The position numbers and the translations under genes were made by a program. Shown here one piece after another: positions 19,850-29,900 of a DNA stretch of 64,000 nt. Numbering within the stretch: position 1 is the first letter of the stretch; every line of letters starts with the position of its first letter. The DNA comes from an uncultured delta proteobacterium (GTDB lineage Bacteria; Desulfobacterota; Desulfuromonadia; Geobacterales; DSM-12255), in assembly GCA_963787125.1 (NCBI GenBank), contig CAWBBV010000005.1, positions 64,001 through 128,000 on the forward strand, written 5' to 3'. The notes under the pieces were generated by a model. The model made no database searches, was not told where the DNA came from, and worked only from the letters and a program-made list of their open reading frames with translations.

Positions 19850-20251
19850 TTACGGAGATTGTTGAAAATAGCTCTTAACTGCCTCGACAAAATTTGATGC
19901 TTTGTCGATCTCTTCTTTTACAAGTTCTTCGGGCATTGTTGGTCGCACCTTGTAGTCTGATGATTGCCTTAGTTCAAAAGCCTTGTGAAGATTTTTCGAC
20001 AACTCACGGGGAAAAATTCCCTTCATGACATACTCTGTGTCGAATAGGCTGATAATGCCCGAGTGCTTGGTCGGAGCCTTGCCGATGTCCTGCAACAGGG
20101 CAAGCGTGGCATAGAACATGGCATAGTAGCAACGGTTGACGATACCTTGCGGACTACGCCCACCAGCATTCAGGTAGTTTGCATCGTCCAAGGCAATTTG
20201 AGCTTGTTCAAGCCGATAACCGATTATGGTGGTCTTGTCTTCCTGTTTCAC
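19850..20251 (-). CDS. HEPN-domain toxin of an MNT-HEPN pair
   Basis: NRCYYAMFY, KHSGIISLF, AFELRQSSDY; 4-nt overlap with the MNT gene. Confidence 0.85.
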   Translation of the reverse strand: MKQEDKTTIIGYRLEQAQIALDDANYLNAGGRSPQGIVNRCYYAMFYATLALLQDIGKAPTKHSGIISLFDTEYVMKGIFPRELSKNLHKAFELRQSSDYKVRPTMPEELVKEEIDKASNFVEAVKSYFQQSP

Positions 20252-20562
20252 AGGAATACTCCTTCGGTTCTGATGTTGGCAGCAAGCAGGGATTGGCTCT
20301 CAATGCCTTCCCATTCTGACTTTGAATAAGACACCGGCACAACCACAATGCCGCTCCCGAAACCGGACTCCCAAGCGCAATCGCTGATGTAATCCGCTGT
20401 AGGCGTATCCAGATGATCTACTACCACCAAAACATCCATATCAGAATAACGTCCGGCATCTCCTCTTGCCCGTGAACCGAAAAGAGCAAAAGTATTCAGA
20501 TGCACCCTCTGTTCCAGCATGTTCTTGAATGTTTCAAGTATCTGCTTCTCTTTAGGTTTCAT
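20248..20562 (-). CDS. Minimal nucleotidyltransferase (MNT) antitoxin
   Basis: LFGSRARGD..SDMDVLVV motif; 104 aa. Confidence 0.88.
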   Translation of the reverse strand: MKPKEKQILETFKNMLEQRVHLNTFALFGSRARGDAGRYSDMDVLVVVDHLDTPTADYISDCAWESGFGSGIVVVPVSYSKSEWEGIESQSLLAANIRTEGVFL

Positions 20563-20568
20563 GGGGTT

Positions 20569-20596
20569 ACTATACCATAAGCGCTTATATCTACAA
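20569..20596 (-). promoter_or_regulatory. sigma70-type promoter of MNT-HEPN, probably leaderless
   Basis: TTGTAG-N16-TATAGT with extended TG; -10 ends 6 nt before ATG; no SD sequence; spacer contains palindrome ATAAGCGCTTAT. Confidence 0.5.
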
Positions 20597-20904
20597 GTAG
20601 CATATAGTGGATGCAGTTAGCAGCAGAACAATCCGATTCCCGTTTACTTAAAGTTTAACCCGTTGATTTTTTGAGAAGCCATTTTAAAGTAGTAGCTGAA
20701 TTTGCTGGTGTGCCTTTCCTTCTGTTGCCCAAAGCTTCGATTTTAGGAGTGTATGTGGGGTCTTGAAAGACGGCAGGATGATCGTTAAAGAAAGGACTTT
20801 AAGTTGCAGTCTTTCAGGCCTGTCCCCACTTCCCCATGTTTTCTCGCTCCAAAAGATCTGGAACATGCCAGTATCGATGACAGCTCGATAATTCAAAAGT
20901 GAAA

Positions 20905-21411
20905 TCATGGTGAACTGATTTTTTGGAGATATAGAGAAATGTTGCCTTGAACGGCACTGCTTAATGATTTGTTTACACGAGTTTCACCAACGAAATCAGA
21001 AGCATGACCAGTACTTTCAATAACATGTTTATCTATTTGCTCTCTCGTCTTACGGTCTGAAATAATATACTCGGAAACAGCGCTTACGTCATATGCCATT
21101 ACGCCTGGGTCAAGCGTGAGAATTAAGACGTCAAGATTGAATTTTTGAGAAGAGTCTTCTTGAAATATTTTGGAATTGTCTAACGCCTTTTCCAGTGCGC
21201 TTTTCCAGTTTGTTAAAATTGCGGCCTGCATTTCTGCAGACCATGGTATTTCGTTACCTGCAAACCTGACTGATACCAGCTTGAGTTCTCCATTCAGTAT
21301 TTTTGTAGCTGGCTGTATATTATTCACATCGAATGATACAGGCACAGTGGTGCAGCCGTAAATTGAAATACTAAATAAGAGCACTGTTAATAATTTCGTT
21401 ATGTTGTACAT
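20905..21411 (-). CDS. Hypothetical lipoprotein
   Basis: Lipobox-like IYGC; 168 aa; AT-rich. Confidence 0.7.
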   Translation of the reverse strand: MYNITKLLTVLLFSISIYGCTTVPVSFDVNNIQPATKILNGELKLVSVRFAGNEIPWSAEMQAAILTNWKSALEKALDNSKIFQEDSSQKFNLDVLILTLDPGVMAYDVSAVSEYIISDRKTREQIDKHVIESTGHASDFVGETRVNKSLSSAVQGNISLYLQKISSP

Positions 21412-21468
21412 AAATTAGTCCCTTTCGCGCGTGAAATACAAATCGGTGGAGCTATCTAATTCAGGTTT

Positions 21469-21864
21469 CTAGACCTTATTTCTTGGATCGTTCTCTAATT
21501 TGCACGTGCCCGATTCCCACATTCCGACTTGTTTTTCTATGCCTCCGCTGGGCGTCCAATATATGGGGCCGGTGTATTTATAGTTTGGCCCAATATACCT
21601 ATATTTGCCCCTCTCAATGCGAACAAATAACGGAAAAACAAACGAATATGACGCTTTGTTTATAAGGTTGTAGCAATAATCTGAGATATGAACGCTTCCT
21701 GGCGCGTAATTTCCCTTAATTTCAAGTTCACCTTCAATGATTGATCGTGGTATGGACTCGTCACCATACTTTTTCTGAATATGCCGACCTACTTCGTCTA
21801 ACGTTTCAGCAATTCTTGTCCACTTACTCGACTTACTTGCCGCAACGAACAGCTTTTTCATCAT
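21469..21864 (-). CDS. Hypothetical protein (DUF7225-like, SDYCYN motif)
   Basis: SDYCYNLINK...LFVRIERGKYRYIGPNYKYTGPI; CAGGAG RBS. Confidence 0.6.
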   Translation of the reverse strand: MMKKLFVAASKSSKWTRIAETLDEVGRHIQKKYGDESIPRSIIEGELEIKGNYAPGSVHISDYCYNLINKASYSFVFPLFVRIERGKYRYIGPNYKYTGPIYWTPSGGIEKQVGMWESGTCKLENDPRNKV

Positions 21865-22365
21865 TTTCTCCTGGTTCAACATCGTTGTTGACCGGTTCAC
21901 GCGCACGCACGCGTGAACCGGTGATCTGCCTAAATGGAACATTTAGCCTGTGCCAATGAACGTTCAGTGACTATCTTCCGATCGCTTCCAGCAACTCTTG
22001 TAACATACCCATAAAGATTAAAATATCCAAAATTCCGCCATGGCAGAATTCAACAGAAACTCAGTATAATCATTCAACCTGGAAAAAGAATTCGACCACG
22101 GGTCCACACGGATAAACACTTATAAATCAAGAATATACAAGCAAAAAGCCTTAACCCTGCTGGTGAAAGCCATGCCTTAGGGTTCTTGGGTTTTATCCGC
22201 AGTTATCGGACTTTATCTGTGGCCAAACGCCTTTTTTGATACAAGCTTTCTAACCGATTTCACCGGCAGAACAGCGCCAGCTCGCACATTTTTCAGTTTG
22301 ACGGATTCATTGTCAGGCAGCATTATGATTTCAGCAGTTGCTATCATAATGTCATAGGTGAGCAG

Positions 22366-22509
22366 ATGATTGAATTTGAACAGAAGAAAAAAAGCACTGA
22401 TAACACAGATCTTGACCATCTGGCCGGAACCTGGAGCGAACAGGACGCCGCCGAATTTGCAGGGACTATGGCTGAGTTCGGCAGGGTTGATGAGGAGATG
22501 TGGAAATAA
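22366..22509 (+). pseudogene. Orphan FitA/VapB-like antitoxin C-terminal fragment (47 aa, absent from ORF track)
   Basis: Hand translation MIEFEQKKKSTDNTDLDHLAGTWSEQDAAEFAGTMAEFGRVDEEMWK*; AGGTGAG RBS; no PIN toxin downstream. Confidence 0.55.
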
Positions 22510-22538
22510 ACCGAATGTAGGGCTTAAGGCCAGTAACC

Positions 22539-22787
22539 TTAATGGGTCTGATCGATAGGAAGCATTTCAGCAAGGAGGGTTTCAGGTGCGATATCCTGTT
22601 CGTTTGGCCACGTTACAGCGCCAAATAGTATTCCGACACGATTGAAGTAGTGTATGTCTTTCAGTTCACGAAAAACGCCCTTATCCAGATAAGGTTTGAG
22701 ATCAAATATACCTTTGCGGCCATCCTCAACTTCAATATAGATACGATAGTCAGTCATTGGTTTAACAGTTTTCACATCCCAGTACAT
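22539..22787 (-). CDS. DUF2442-domain protein (putative antitoxin)
   Basis: VKPMTDYRIYIEVEDG..FDLKPYL..VTWPNEQDIAPETL. Confidence 0.85.
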   Translation of the reverse strand: MYWDVKTVKPMTDYRIYIEVEDGRKGIFDLKPYLDKGVFRELKDIHYFNRVGILFGAVTWPNEQDIAPETLLAEMLPIDQTH

Positions 22788-22794
22788 GGCAACC

Positions 22795-23061
22795 TCACAG
22801 TGGGGTAATTTTGTAGGGATTCTCTCCGGCCACAGCCAGTTCCCAATCGGCATGTAGCTCATCCCGGTGAAGTTCAATCCACGCCTGCACCAATCGCAAC
22901 TGCTTACGGGGCAATTCTCCCGCCAAAACTTCACCATCTTCAATGCGAATAGACGCTTCAAATTCAGCATACTTAGCGTGAAAGTGAGGCAGATTGTGGT
23001 GCTGGTTGTCAATAAGATACATGCGGATAATAATCCCGTAAAACATAGAAATTATTGGCAT
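22795..23061 (-). CDS. DUF4160-domain protein (putative toxin)
   Basis: MPIISMFYGIIIRMY..HNLPHFHAKY..W; standard upstream partner of DUF2442. Confidence 0.88.
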   Translation of the reverse strand: MPIISMFYGIIIRMYLIDNQHHNLPHFHAKYAEFEASIRIEDGEVLAGELPRKQLRLVQAWIELHRDELHADWELAVAGENPYKITPL

Positions 23062-23090
23062 AAGCTACACCCCTTTGTCTTTGATTAGTA

Positions 23091-23119
23091 AGTCTATACA
23101 TTCTTGCAAGTGTAGTCAA
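23091..23119 (-). promoter_or_regulatory. sigma70-type promoter of DUF4160-DUF2442
   Basis: TTGACT-N17-TAGACT with imperfect palindrome TACA-CTTGCAAG-AATGTA in the spacer. Confidence 0.55.
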
Positions 23120-23194
23120 TTGGGACCTGTCATAATTCTATCTTTCAATTTTTCTAAAGAAACACACCGACTGCATGTCAACTCGCTAACATTA

Positions 23195-23830
23195 CTACCA
23201 GCAAATCGGCTTTTGCCCCAAAGCGGCAAGTTTATCATTCACTTGTGAAAAGTGGCCGCAGCCGATGAAGCCCCGGTAGGCAGACAGCCCGGAGGGGTGC
23301 GAGGTAGTGAGTATAGAATGGCGGTCGGTATCGATAAGGGGGATTTTCTTCTGCGCATCGTTGCCCCAAAGGAGAAAAACCAACTGCTCCCGACGGCGAC
23401 TCAAAGCACGAATAATGGTGTCTGTAACCTCTTCCCACCCCCAGCCGCGATGACTGCCTGCCTTGTCCGCCCCGACAGTGAGAACGGTATTTAACAACAG
23501 CACCCCTTGCTGCGCCCAGGCAGAGAGATCATTTGATCTGGCGCCGGCTGGACCAAGATCCCTGTCGAGCTCCTTGTGAATATTGCGCAGCGATGGCGGC
23601 GTCTTGATCCCTGGGGGAACCGAGAAGGCAAGGCCATGGGCCTGCCCTGCCCCATGGTACGGATCCTGCCCCAGGAGCACCACCCGCACTTGATCAAAAG
23701 GGGTGAGTTGCAAAGCAGAATAGACATTTTCCGCCACCGGATAGACAATGCTTTCCCTGCGCGCCGCCGCAACCTTTGCCAGTACCGGATGGGTTGCAAG
23801 CTCGGGGATTCCCTTAAACCAGCTCTTCAT
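23195..23830 (-). CDS. ung: Uracil-DNA glycosylase, family 1
   Basis: GQDPYH, GLAFS, VLLLNTVLTV, HPSGLS. Confidence 0.93.
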   Translation of the reverse strand: MKSWFKGIPELATHPVLAKVAAARRESIVYPVAENVYSALQLTPFDQVRVVLLGQDPYHGAGQAHGLAFSVPPGIKTPPSLRNIHKELDRDLGPAGARSNDLSAWAQQGVLLLNTVLTVGADKAGSHRGWGWEEVTDTIIRALSRRREQLVFLLWGNDAQKKIPLIDTDRHSILTTSHPSGLSAYRGFIGCGHFSQVNDKLAALGQKPICW

Positions 23831-23897
23831 ATATTCTCCTGCCCGGCTCTGCACCGGGAGTTTGAAAAATAAACGGACGTCCCCGTTTCATTCGAAA

Positions 23898-25703
23898 TCA
23901 GTGGCCAGCATACAGCCGCTCAATTTCGGCGCCGTACTGCCCAAGAAGCTCTTTGCGGCGGAGTTTGAGGGTTGCGGTCAGCAGGCCGTCCTGTATTTTC
24001 CAGGGGTTCCGACTGGCGTGGAGCCGCAGAATGCGGGCGTAGCCAGGAAAGCTGGCCAGTCGCGGGGCGATCCGCTTCAACAGCACCTCTTCAACGCGGC
24101 TGCTCTCCAGCACCTCATCACTCTCCCCGTCAACCGCCAGTGTCGCGGCCAGCTTGAGCCATTCGGCTTCATTAAGCACCAGCAGGGCGATCAGATAGGG
24201 TCTGCCTTCGCCCACCACCATGATCTGTTCAAAAAGGCGGTCTGCAGCCAGAGCCATTTCCAACTCACCCGGTGCGACCTTCTCTCCGGTGGACAGGACA
24301 ATAATCTCTTTAAGACGGCCGCTGATGATGATATGGCCGCTGGAGGTGATGCGGGCCTGATCGCCAGTATGAAGCCACCCCTCCTGATCGATGATCGCAG
24401 CGCTGGCCACCTCGTTGTGCCAATAACCGGCCATGATGTTACTCCCCCGTGCCAGCAGTTCACTGTCGGCGCCGAGCCTTACCTCGACTCCGGGGAGCGG
24501 CAGTCCGACGGTTTCGGGTCGATTGTCGTCCTCCGAATTAACGGCAATCACCGGGCTGCTTTCGGTCAGTCCATACCCCTGGAGCAGGTTGAGTCCCAAG
24601 GCGAGAAAGAAACGGGCAATCTCCGGGCTCAAGGGGGCGCCGCCGCTGATGGTCAGGCGCAACCGGCCACCCAGCGCTTCCAGGATCCGCTTTGCCACCA
24701 TCCTGTTCAGCAGCGGCCAGAGAAGCAGGAATGGAGACCAGCCCCCTCGCCCCTGCCTGTAGAGGAACCGGCGCCAACCGGTAGCAACCGTCAGGGCGAA
24801 AAGTTTTTGTTTCCAGACGGGACCTGCTGCCAGGGTAGCGCTGATTTTACGGTGGACACGCTCGAAAATACGCGGCACGGAAACGATGATTGTCGGCTTG
24901 ATGGTGGTCAGGTCTTCCGGGAGTTGGTCGAGGGAGCGGACATGGGCGACACAGGCGCCGGTCATAATGGGTATGTAATAACCGGCAGTCCGCTCCAGAG
25001 TATGGGACAGGGGGAGAAATGAGAGAAACAGGTCGTCCGGATAGATTGGCACCCGGCTGACTCCGGCATAGGCATTGGTGAGAATATTGGCGTGAGAGAG
25101 CATGACCCCTTTGGGCCTGCCGGTAGTGCCGGAGGTGTAGACAATCGTTGCCAGCGAGTCCGCAGACCAGTTCCCCGGCGTGTAGTCGGCGCTGCTCTCC
25201 CTCAGCCATTCTGCCAGTAACGCCAGGCGGAGATCACAATCATGTTTGCAGGCAAGGGTCAGCGATACTATCCGCTGCAGAGAGTCAAGCCGGCCGCTGA
25301 CATCGCGAATCCGCTCCCACTGTTCAACCCCTTCGATCAGCAGCAACCGGGCGCCGCTCTCCTTTATAATCAGGGCAAAATTTTCCGGCCGGTCGTTGAC
25401 GAACAGCGGCACAGTTACCAACCCGAGCCCCAGGGCCGCCAGATCAAAGAGAACCCATTCCAGACTGTTCTTGAGCATAACCGCCACCCGCTCGCCCGGC
25501 TGCAGCCCTTCCCGGCGGAGCGCCTCCTGCCAGCGACCGGCCAGTGCAGCAGTTTCAGCCCAGGTAACGCATTCGCAGCAGCGCCCCTGGCGATCGAAGC
25601 GCCGGTAGGCGCATTCATCGGGAGAGCGCCTGACCCGTTCACTGAAAAGCCCACCAAGAGTCAGCGCGGTTTCAGCTGAAATAATATCGCTCTGTCTGTT
25701 CAT
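23898..25703 (-). CDS. Long-chain fatty acid--CoA ligase (AMP-binding)
   Basis: YTSGTTGRPKG, QGYGLTE, WLHTGD, LTATLKLRR. Confidence 0.9.
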   Translation of the reverse strand: MNRQSDIISAETALTLGGLFSERVRRSPDECAYRRFDRQGRCCECVTWAETAALAGRWQEALRREGLQPGERVAVMLKNSLEWVLFDLAALGLGLVTVPLFVNDRPENFALIIKESGARLLLIEGVEQWERIRDVSGRLDSLQRIVSLTLACKHDCDLRLALLAEWLRESSADYTPGNWSADSLATIVYTSGTTGRPKGVMLSHANILTNAYAGVSRVPIYPDDLFLSFLPLSHTLERTAGYYIPIMTGACVAHVRSLDQLPEDLTTIKPTIIVSVPRIFERVHRKISATLAAGPVWKQKLFALTVATGWRRFLYRQGRGGWSPFLLLWPLLNRMVAKRILEALGGRLRLTISGGAPLSPEIARFFLALGLNLLQGYGLTESSPVIAVNSEDDNRPETVGLPLPGVEVRLGADSELLARGSNIMAGYWHNEVASAAIIDQEGWLHTGDQARITSSGHIIISGRLKEIIVLSTGEKVAPGELEMALAADRLFEQIMVVGEGRPYLIALLVLNEAEWLKLAATLAVDGESDEVLESSRVEEVLLKRIAPRLASFPGYARILRLHASRNPWKIQDGLLTATLKLRRKELLGQYGAEIERLYAGH

Positions 25704-25899
25704 GATCTCCCCCCTTTATAGGTTCGGCTGCCTTTGCCGGGCCGGTTGACGGCTGCCTGCTCTTCCCCTGCATGGTTCCATGGTAGCACATTTCAGCGAG
25801 CTATGGTGGCAACTCTGGTGGCTTGAAATGATGGAGTAAAGGCAGTTTCACCTGTTGGATTCAGAATAAACCTTTGCGTTCTCCAAACTCCCGACATTT

Positions 25900-25939
25900 A
25901 AACAGATAAAGGCGGCCAATCGGCCGCCTTTATCTGTTT
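25900..25939 (-). terminator. Intrinsic terminator after accA / repeated palindrome
   Basis: 18-bp perfect stem AAACAGATAAAGGCGGCC-AATC-GGCCGCCTTTATCTGTTT. Confidence 0.85.
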
Positions 25940-25961
25940 CTGTTCTATTCAAATAAATCTG

Positions 25962-26915
25962 CTACTCAATACAGCGGGTCATCTTCCGGAACTTCTGATA
26001 GCGCTGCTCAACAAGCTCCTCTCCCGAAAGATCCTTCAACTCAGCCAGGTTACGACTCAAGGCTTCATGCAGGGTCGCCGCCATGGCTTCATGATCCCGG
26101 TGAGCGCCGCCGACAGGCTCTTTGACGATCTCGTCGATGACTTCAAGGTCGAGGATATCCTTGGCAGTCAGCTTGAGTGCTTCGGCGGCCTGCTCCCCCT
26201 TGGTGCCGTCTGACCAGAGAATAGCGGCGCAACCTTCCGGTGAGATAACCGCATAAACCGAATATTCAAGCATGAGGATCCGGTCGCCGACAGCGATTGC
26301 CAGAGCGCCGCCCGAGCCGCCTTCACCGGTGATAACGACAATAATCGGCACTGTCAGGCTGGCCATTTCCCGCAGGTTTCTGGCGATAGCTTCGGCCTGG
26401 CCGCGCTCTTCAGCCCCTATACCGGGAAAAGCACCGGGAGTATCAACAAAAGTTATGATCGGCAGTTTGAACCGCTCGGCCATCTCCATGAGGCGGAGAG
26501 CTTTTCTGTACCCTTCAGGGTTCGGCATGCCGAAGTTGCGGAAGACCTTCTCCTTGGTATCCCGGCCTTTCTGATGACCGATTACCATGACCGGCTCGTT
26601 GTCAAGCCTTGCCAGTCCGGCGACGATGGCATGATCATCCCCGAAGTTCCTGTCGCCGTGAAGTTCGGTGAACTCGGTAAAAATCAGGTTCAGGTAGTCG
26701 AGCGTGAAGGGACGGTTGATATGCCGGGCGATCTGGGCCGTCTGCCAGCGGGAGAGATTGTTGAAGATCTCGCTGCGCATCTTGTCCACCCTCTTCTCCA
26801 GCTTGGCAATTTCCGGTGAGAGATCCATCGACTCGGACAGGACGCCAAGCTCAGCTATCTTCTTCTCCAGCTCCATCAACGGTTTTTCAAACTCCATATA
26901 GACTTGAGCAGCCAT
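25962..26915 (-). CDS. accA: Acetyl-CoA carboxylase carboxyltransferase alpha
   Basis: [39 protein letters not shown]. Confidence 0.97.
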   Translation of the reverse strand: MAAQVYMEFEKPLMELEKKIAELGVLSESMDLSPEIAKLEKRVDKMRSEIFNNLSRWQTAQIARHINRPFTLDYLNLIFTEFTELHGDRNFGDDHAIVAGLARLDNEPVMVIGHQKGRDTKEKVFRNFGMPNPEGYRKALRLMEMAERFKLPIITFVDTPGAFPGIGAEERGQAEAIARNLREMASLTVPIIVVITGEGGSGGALAIAVGDRILMLEYSVYAVISPEGCAAILWSDGTKGEQAAEALKLTAKDILDLEVIDEIVKEPVGGAHRDHEAMAATLHEALSRNLAELKDLSGEELVEQRYQKFRKMTRCIE

Positions 26916-26954
26916 TTAATTATTCTCCTAAAATGTTTTTATTAAAAAACACTG

Positions 26955-29900
26955 TCACTCGAAAGTGACGGCATTATACCCTAATAAATCTTCGACTTCC
27001 ATAGATAATCCCTCTGTCGGCGCAACATGACACTCCTGAGGTAGCTTGACGACCGCAGTGCAAAGATCCGGCAGGACAATATGCAGCCGCGTCTGACAGT
27101 CGCCGTGATGCCGCTGCAGAATCCCCTTGAGGCTTTCCAGGCGCGCCGTGTCGAGATCGGCACTCAAGACTTTGAAACTGACCGCTTTTGTTTCCCGCTC
27201 GCTGACCGCACGCAGCGATTGGATAGAGGAGGCAAGTATCTTGTTCGACTTCTCGCCCCGCTCAAAAGTTCCGGCAACCAGAAGCGGTTCATCACTCTTC
27301 AAAAATTCCGCCACACTCTGAAAGATATTCGGCAGGACAACCAGCTCAATACTGCCGACCAGATCCTCCAGAGTTACAAAGCCCATCCGCTCACCTTTTT
27401 TGGTAATGAACTCCTTCAGGGCGACAACAACGCCGCACAGCCGCACCTCTGTCTTGTCGGAGATCTCGGCAAAACCGGCCGTATCATACGAAGAGAAGCG
27501 CTTCATCTCGGCCTGATAACGACCAAGCGGATGGCCGGTCAGATAGAACCCGAGGCACTCCTTCTCGAAACCGAGACGCATTTTCTCGTCCCACTCCCGC
27601 ACCTCGGGGAGATTGCCATGACCGTTACCGTTGTTTTTCACAATTTCAGCAGTACCAAAGAGCGATACCTGGGCACTGTTACGCTCATCCTGAATCCGCT
27701 GGCCGATATTGGCCGCATCCTCCAGCACCGTATACAGAGCTGATCTACGCGCGCCGGTAGCATCGAAGGCACCGCATTTGACCAGAGACTCCAGCACTCT
27801 TTTGTTTACTTTGCGCAGATCCACTCTTTCGCAGAAATTGAAAATATCGGTAAAAGGCTCGCCGTTTCTGGCCTCAAGCATTGCAAGAATCGCCGACTCG
27901 CCGACATTCTTGATCGCCCCGAAACCGAAACGGATCGATTTGCCGATAACCCTGAATGACAGCTCCGATTCGTTGATATCCGGCGGCAGCAGCTCAATTC
28001 CCATCTCCCGGCAGTCGTTGATGTTCTTGACAATCTTGTCAGTGTTACCCATATCCTCGGTGAGGAGCGCCGCCATGAACTCCACCGGATAATGAGCCTT
28101 TAAATAAGCGGTCTGGTAGGCAATCAGAGCGTAGGCAGCCGAGTGGGACTTGTTGAAGCCGTACTCGGCAAACATAGCCATCAGATCGAAGACGGCCTCG
28201 GCTTTTTTCAGATCGATCCCCTGCTCTTTGGCGCCGGCAAGAAACGGAATCTTCTCTTTGGCCATGACCGAGGCATCTTTTTTACCCATGGCCCGGCGCA
28301 GCAGATCGGCACCGCCAAGGGAGTAGCCTGCCAGGGTGCGGGAGATCTGCATGACCTGCTCCTGGTAGACAATGACGCCGTAAGTATCTTTTAGAATCGG
28401 CTCCAGTTCCGGCAGATCGTAAACAACCTTTTTACGACCATGCTTGCGCTCGATAAAATCCTTCACCATGCCGGAGTTCAAGGGGCCGGGACGGTAAAGA
28501 GCAACGGCGGCGATGACATCCTCGAAACAGGATGGTTTGAGGTCGCGAAGCATCTCGCGGATACCGCTGCTCTCAAGCTGGAAAACGCCGGTGGTGTTCC
28601 CCTCGGAAATCAGCTGATAGCTGAGGGCATCGTCATCGGCAAGCAGCGCGATATCGAAATCAGGATCCTTGCCGATCCGGATCAGCTTGACGGCATTATC
28701 AATAACCGTCAGGTTTTTGAGTCCGAGAAAGTCGAACTTGACCAGGCCGATCTTCTCCACATACTTCATGGAATACTGGGTGTTGATCAGGCCGGTCTTC
28801 TGGTCCTTGTAGACCGGACAGAACTCCTCCAGCATGTCCGGAGCGACAACCACCCCGGCGGCGTGGGTGGAGGCGTGGCGGGCAAGCCCTTCGAGACGCA
28901 AGGCTATTTCAATGAGTTCTTTCACCTTTGGGTCGGCAGCGGCCAGCTCTCTGAGCTTTGGCTCCTGCTCCAGAGCTTTTTGGAGGGTAATGCCGAGGAC
29001 TTCAGGAATCAGCTTGGCGATCCGGTCCACATCACCGTAACTCATGTCAACGGCACGGCCAACATCCCTGATAACGCCGCGGGCAGCCATGGTACCGAAG
29101 GTGATGATCTGGCAGACCTTGTCACGACCATACTTCTCGGTTACGTACTGAATGACCTGCTCCCGCCCTTGCGTACAGAAGTCCACGTCAATATCAGGCA
29201 TGGAGATACGTTCCGGATTGAGGAACCGCTCGAAGAGCAGATTATAGGGGATCGGATCGATATCAGTGATCCTGGTGGCGTAGGCGACCAGCGAACCGGC
29301 AGCAGAACCCCTTCCCGGGCCGACCGGTATATCCTGCCCCTTTGCCCAGTTGATGAAGTCGGCAACAATCAGGAAGTAGCCGGGAAACCCCATCTGCTTG
29401 ATACACTCCAGTTCCAGCTGCAGCCGCTTTCTGTAGAGCTCTTCATCGGCAGAACTGAAATCGGGTTTTTTCTTCCGGATGGCATCAAAGCGCGCCTCAA
29501 GCCCCTTAACCGCATCATCCTCAAGCATGCGATCAAGAGTCATATCCGGTTCATGATCGATCTTCGGGAAGTGATAGGTACTGAAATCGAATTTCACATC
29601 ACACCGCTCAGCTATGGCCAGGGTATTGGCAACCGCTTCGGGGGCGTAGGAGAAGGCCGCGGCCATCTCCTCGGGAGACTTGACGTAAAACTCCTCCGCA
29701 GAGAAATGCATCCGGTTGGGATCATTCATCGTCTTGCCGGTCTGGATGCAGAGCAGGACCTCATGGGCCTTGGCATCGTCCTTGTTCAGATAATGGCAGT
29801 CATTGGTGGCGACCAGCGGCAGATTGAGGTCGGCAGCAATCTGAATCAACCGCTTATTGACAAGATCCTGCTCAGGAAGGGTATTCTCCTGGATCTCGAT

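Noticed and set aside
20684..20908. 74-aa minus-strand ORF (also 22213-22419 and 22370-22558)
   Set aside because: No convincing RBS or motif support; likely spurious
21938..21956. TTGGCAC on the minus strand as a sigma54 promoter
   Set aside because: No GC at the -12 position
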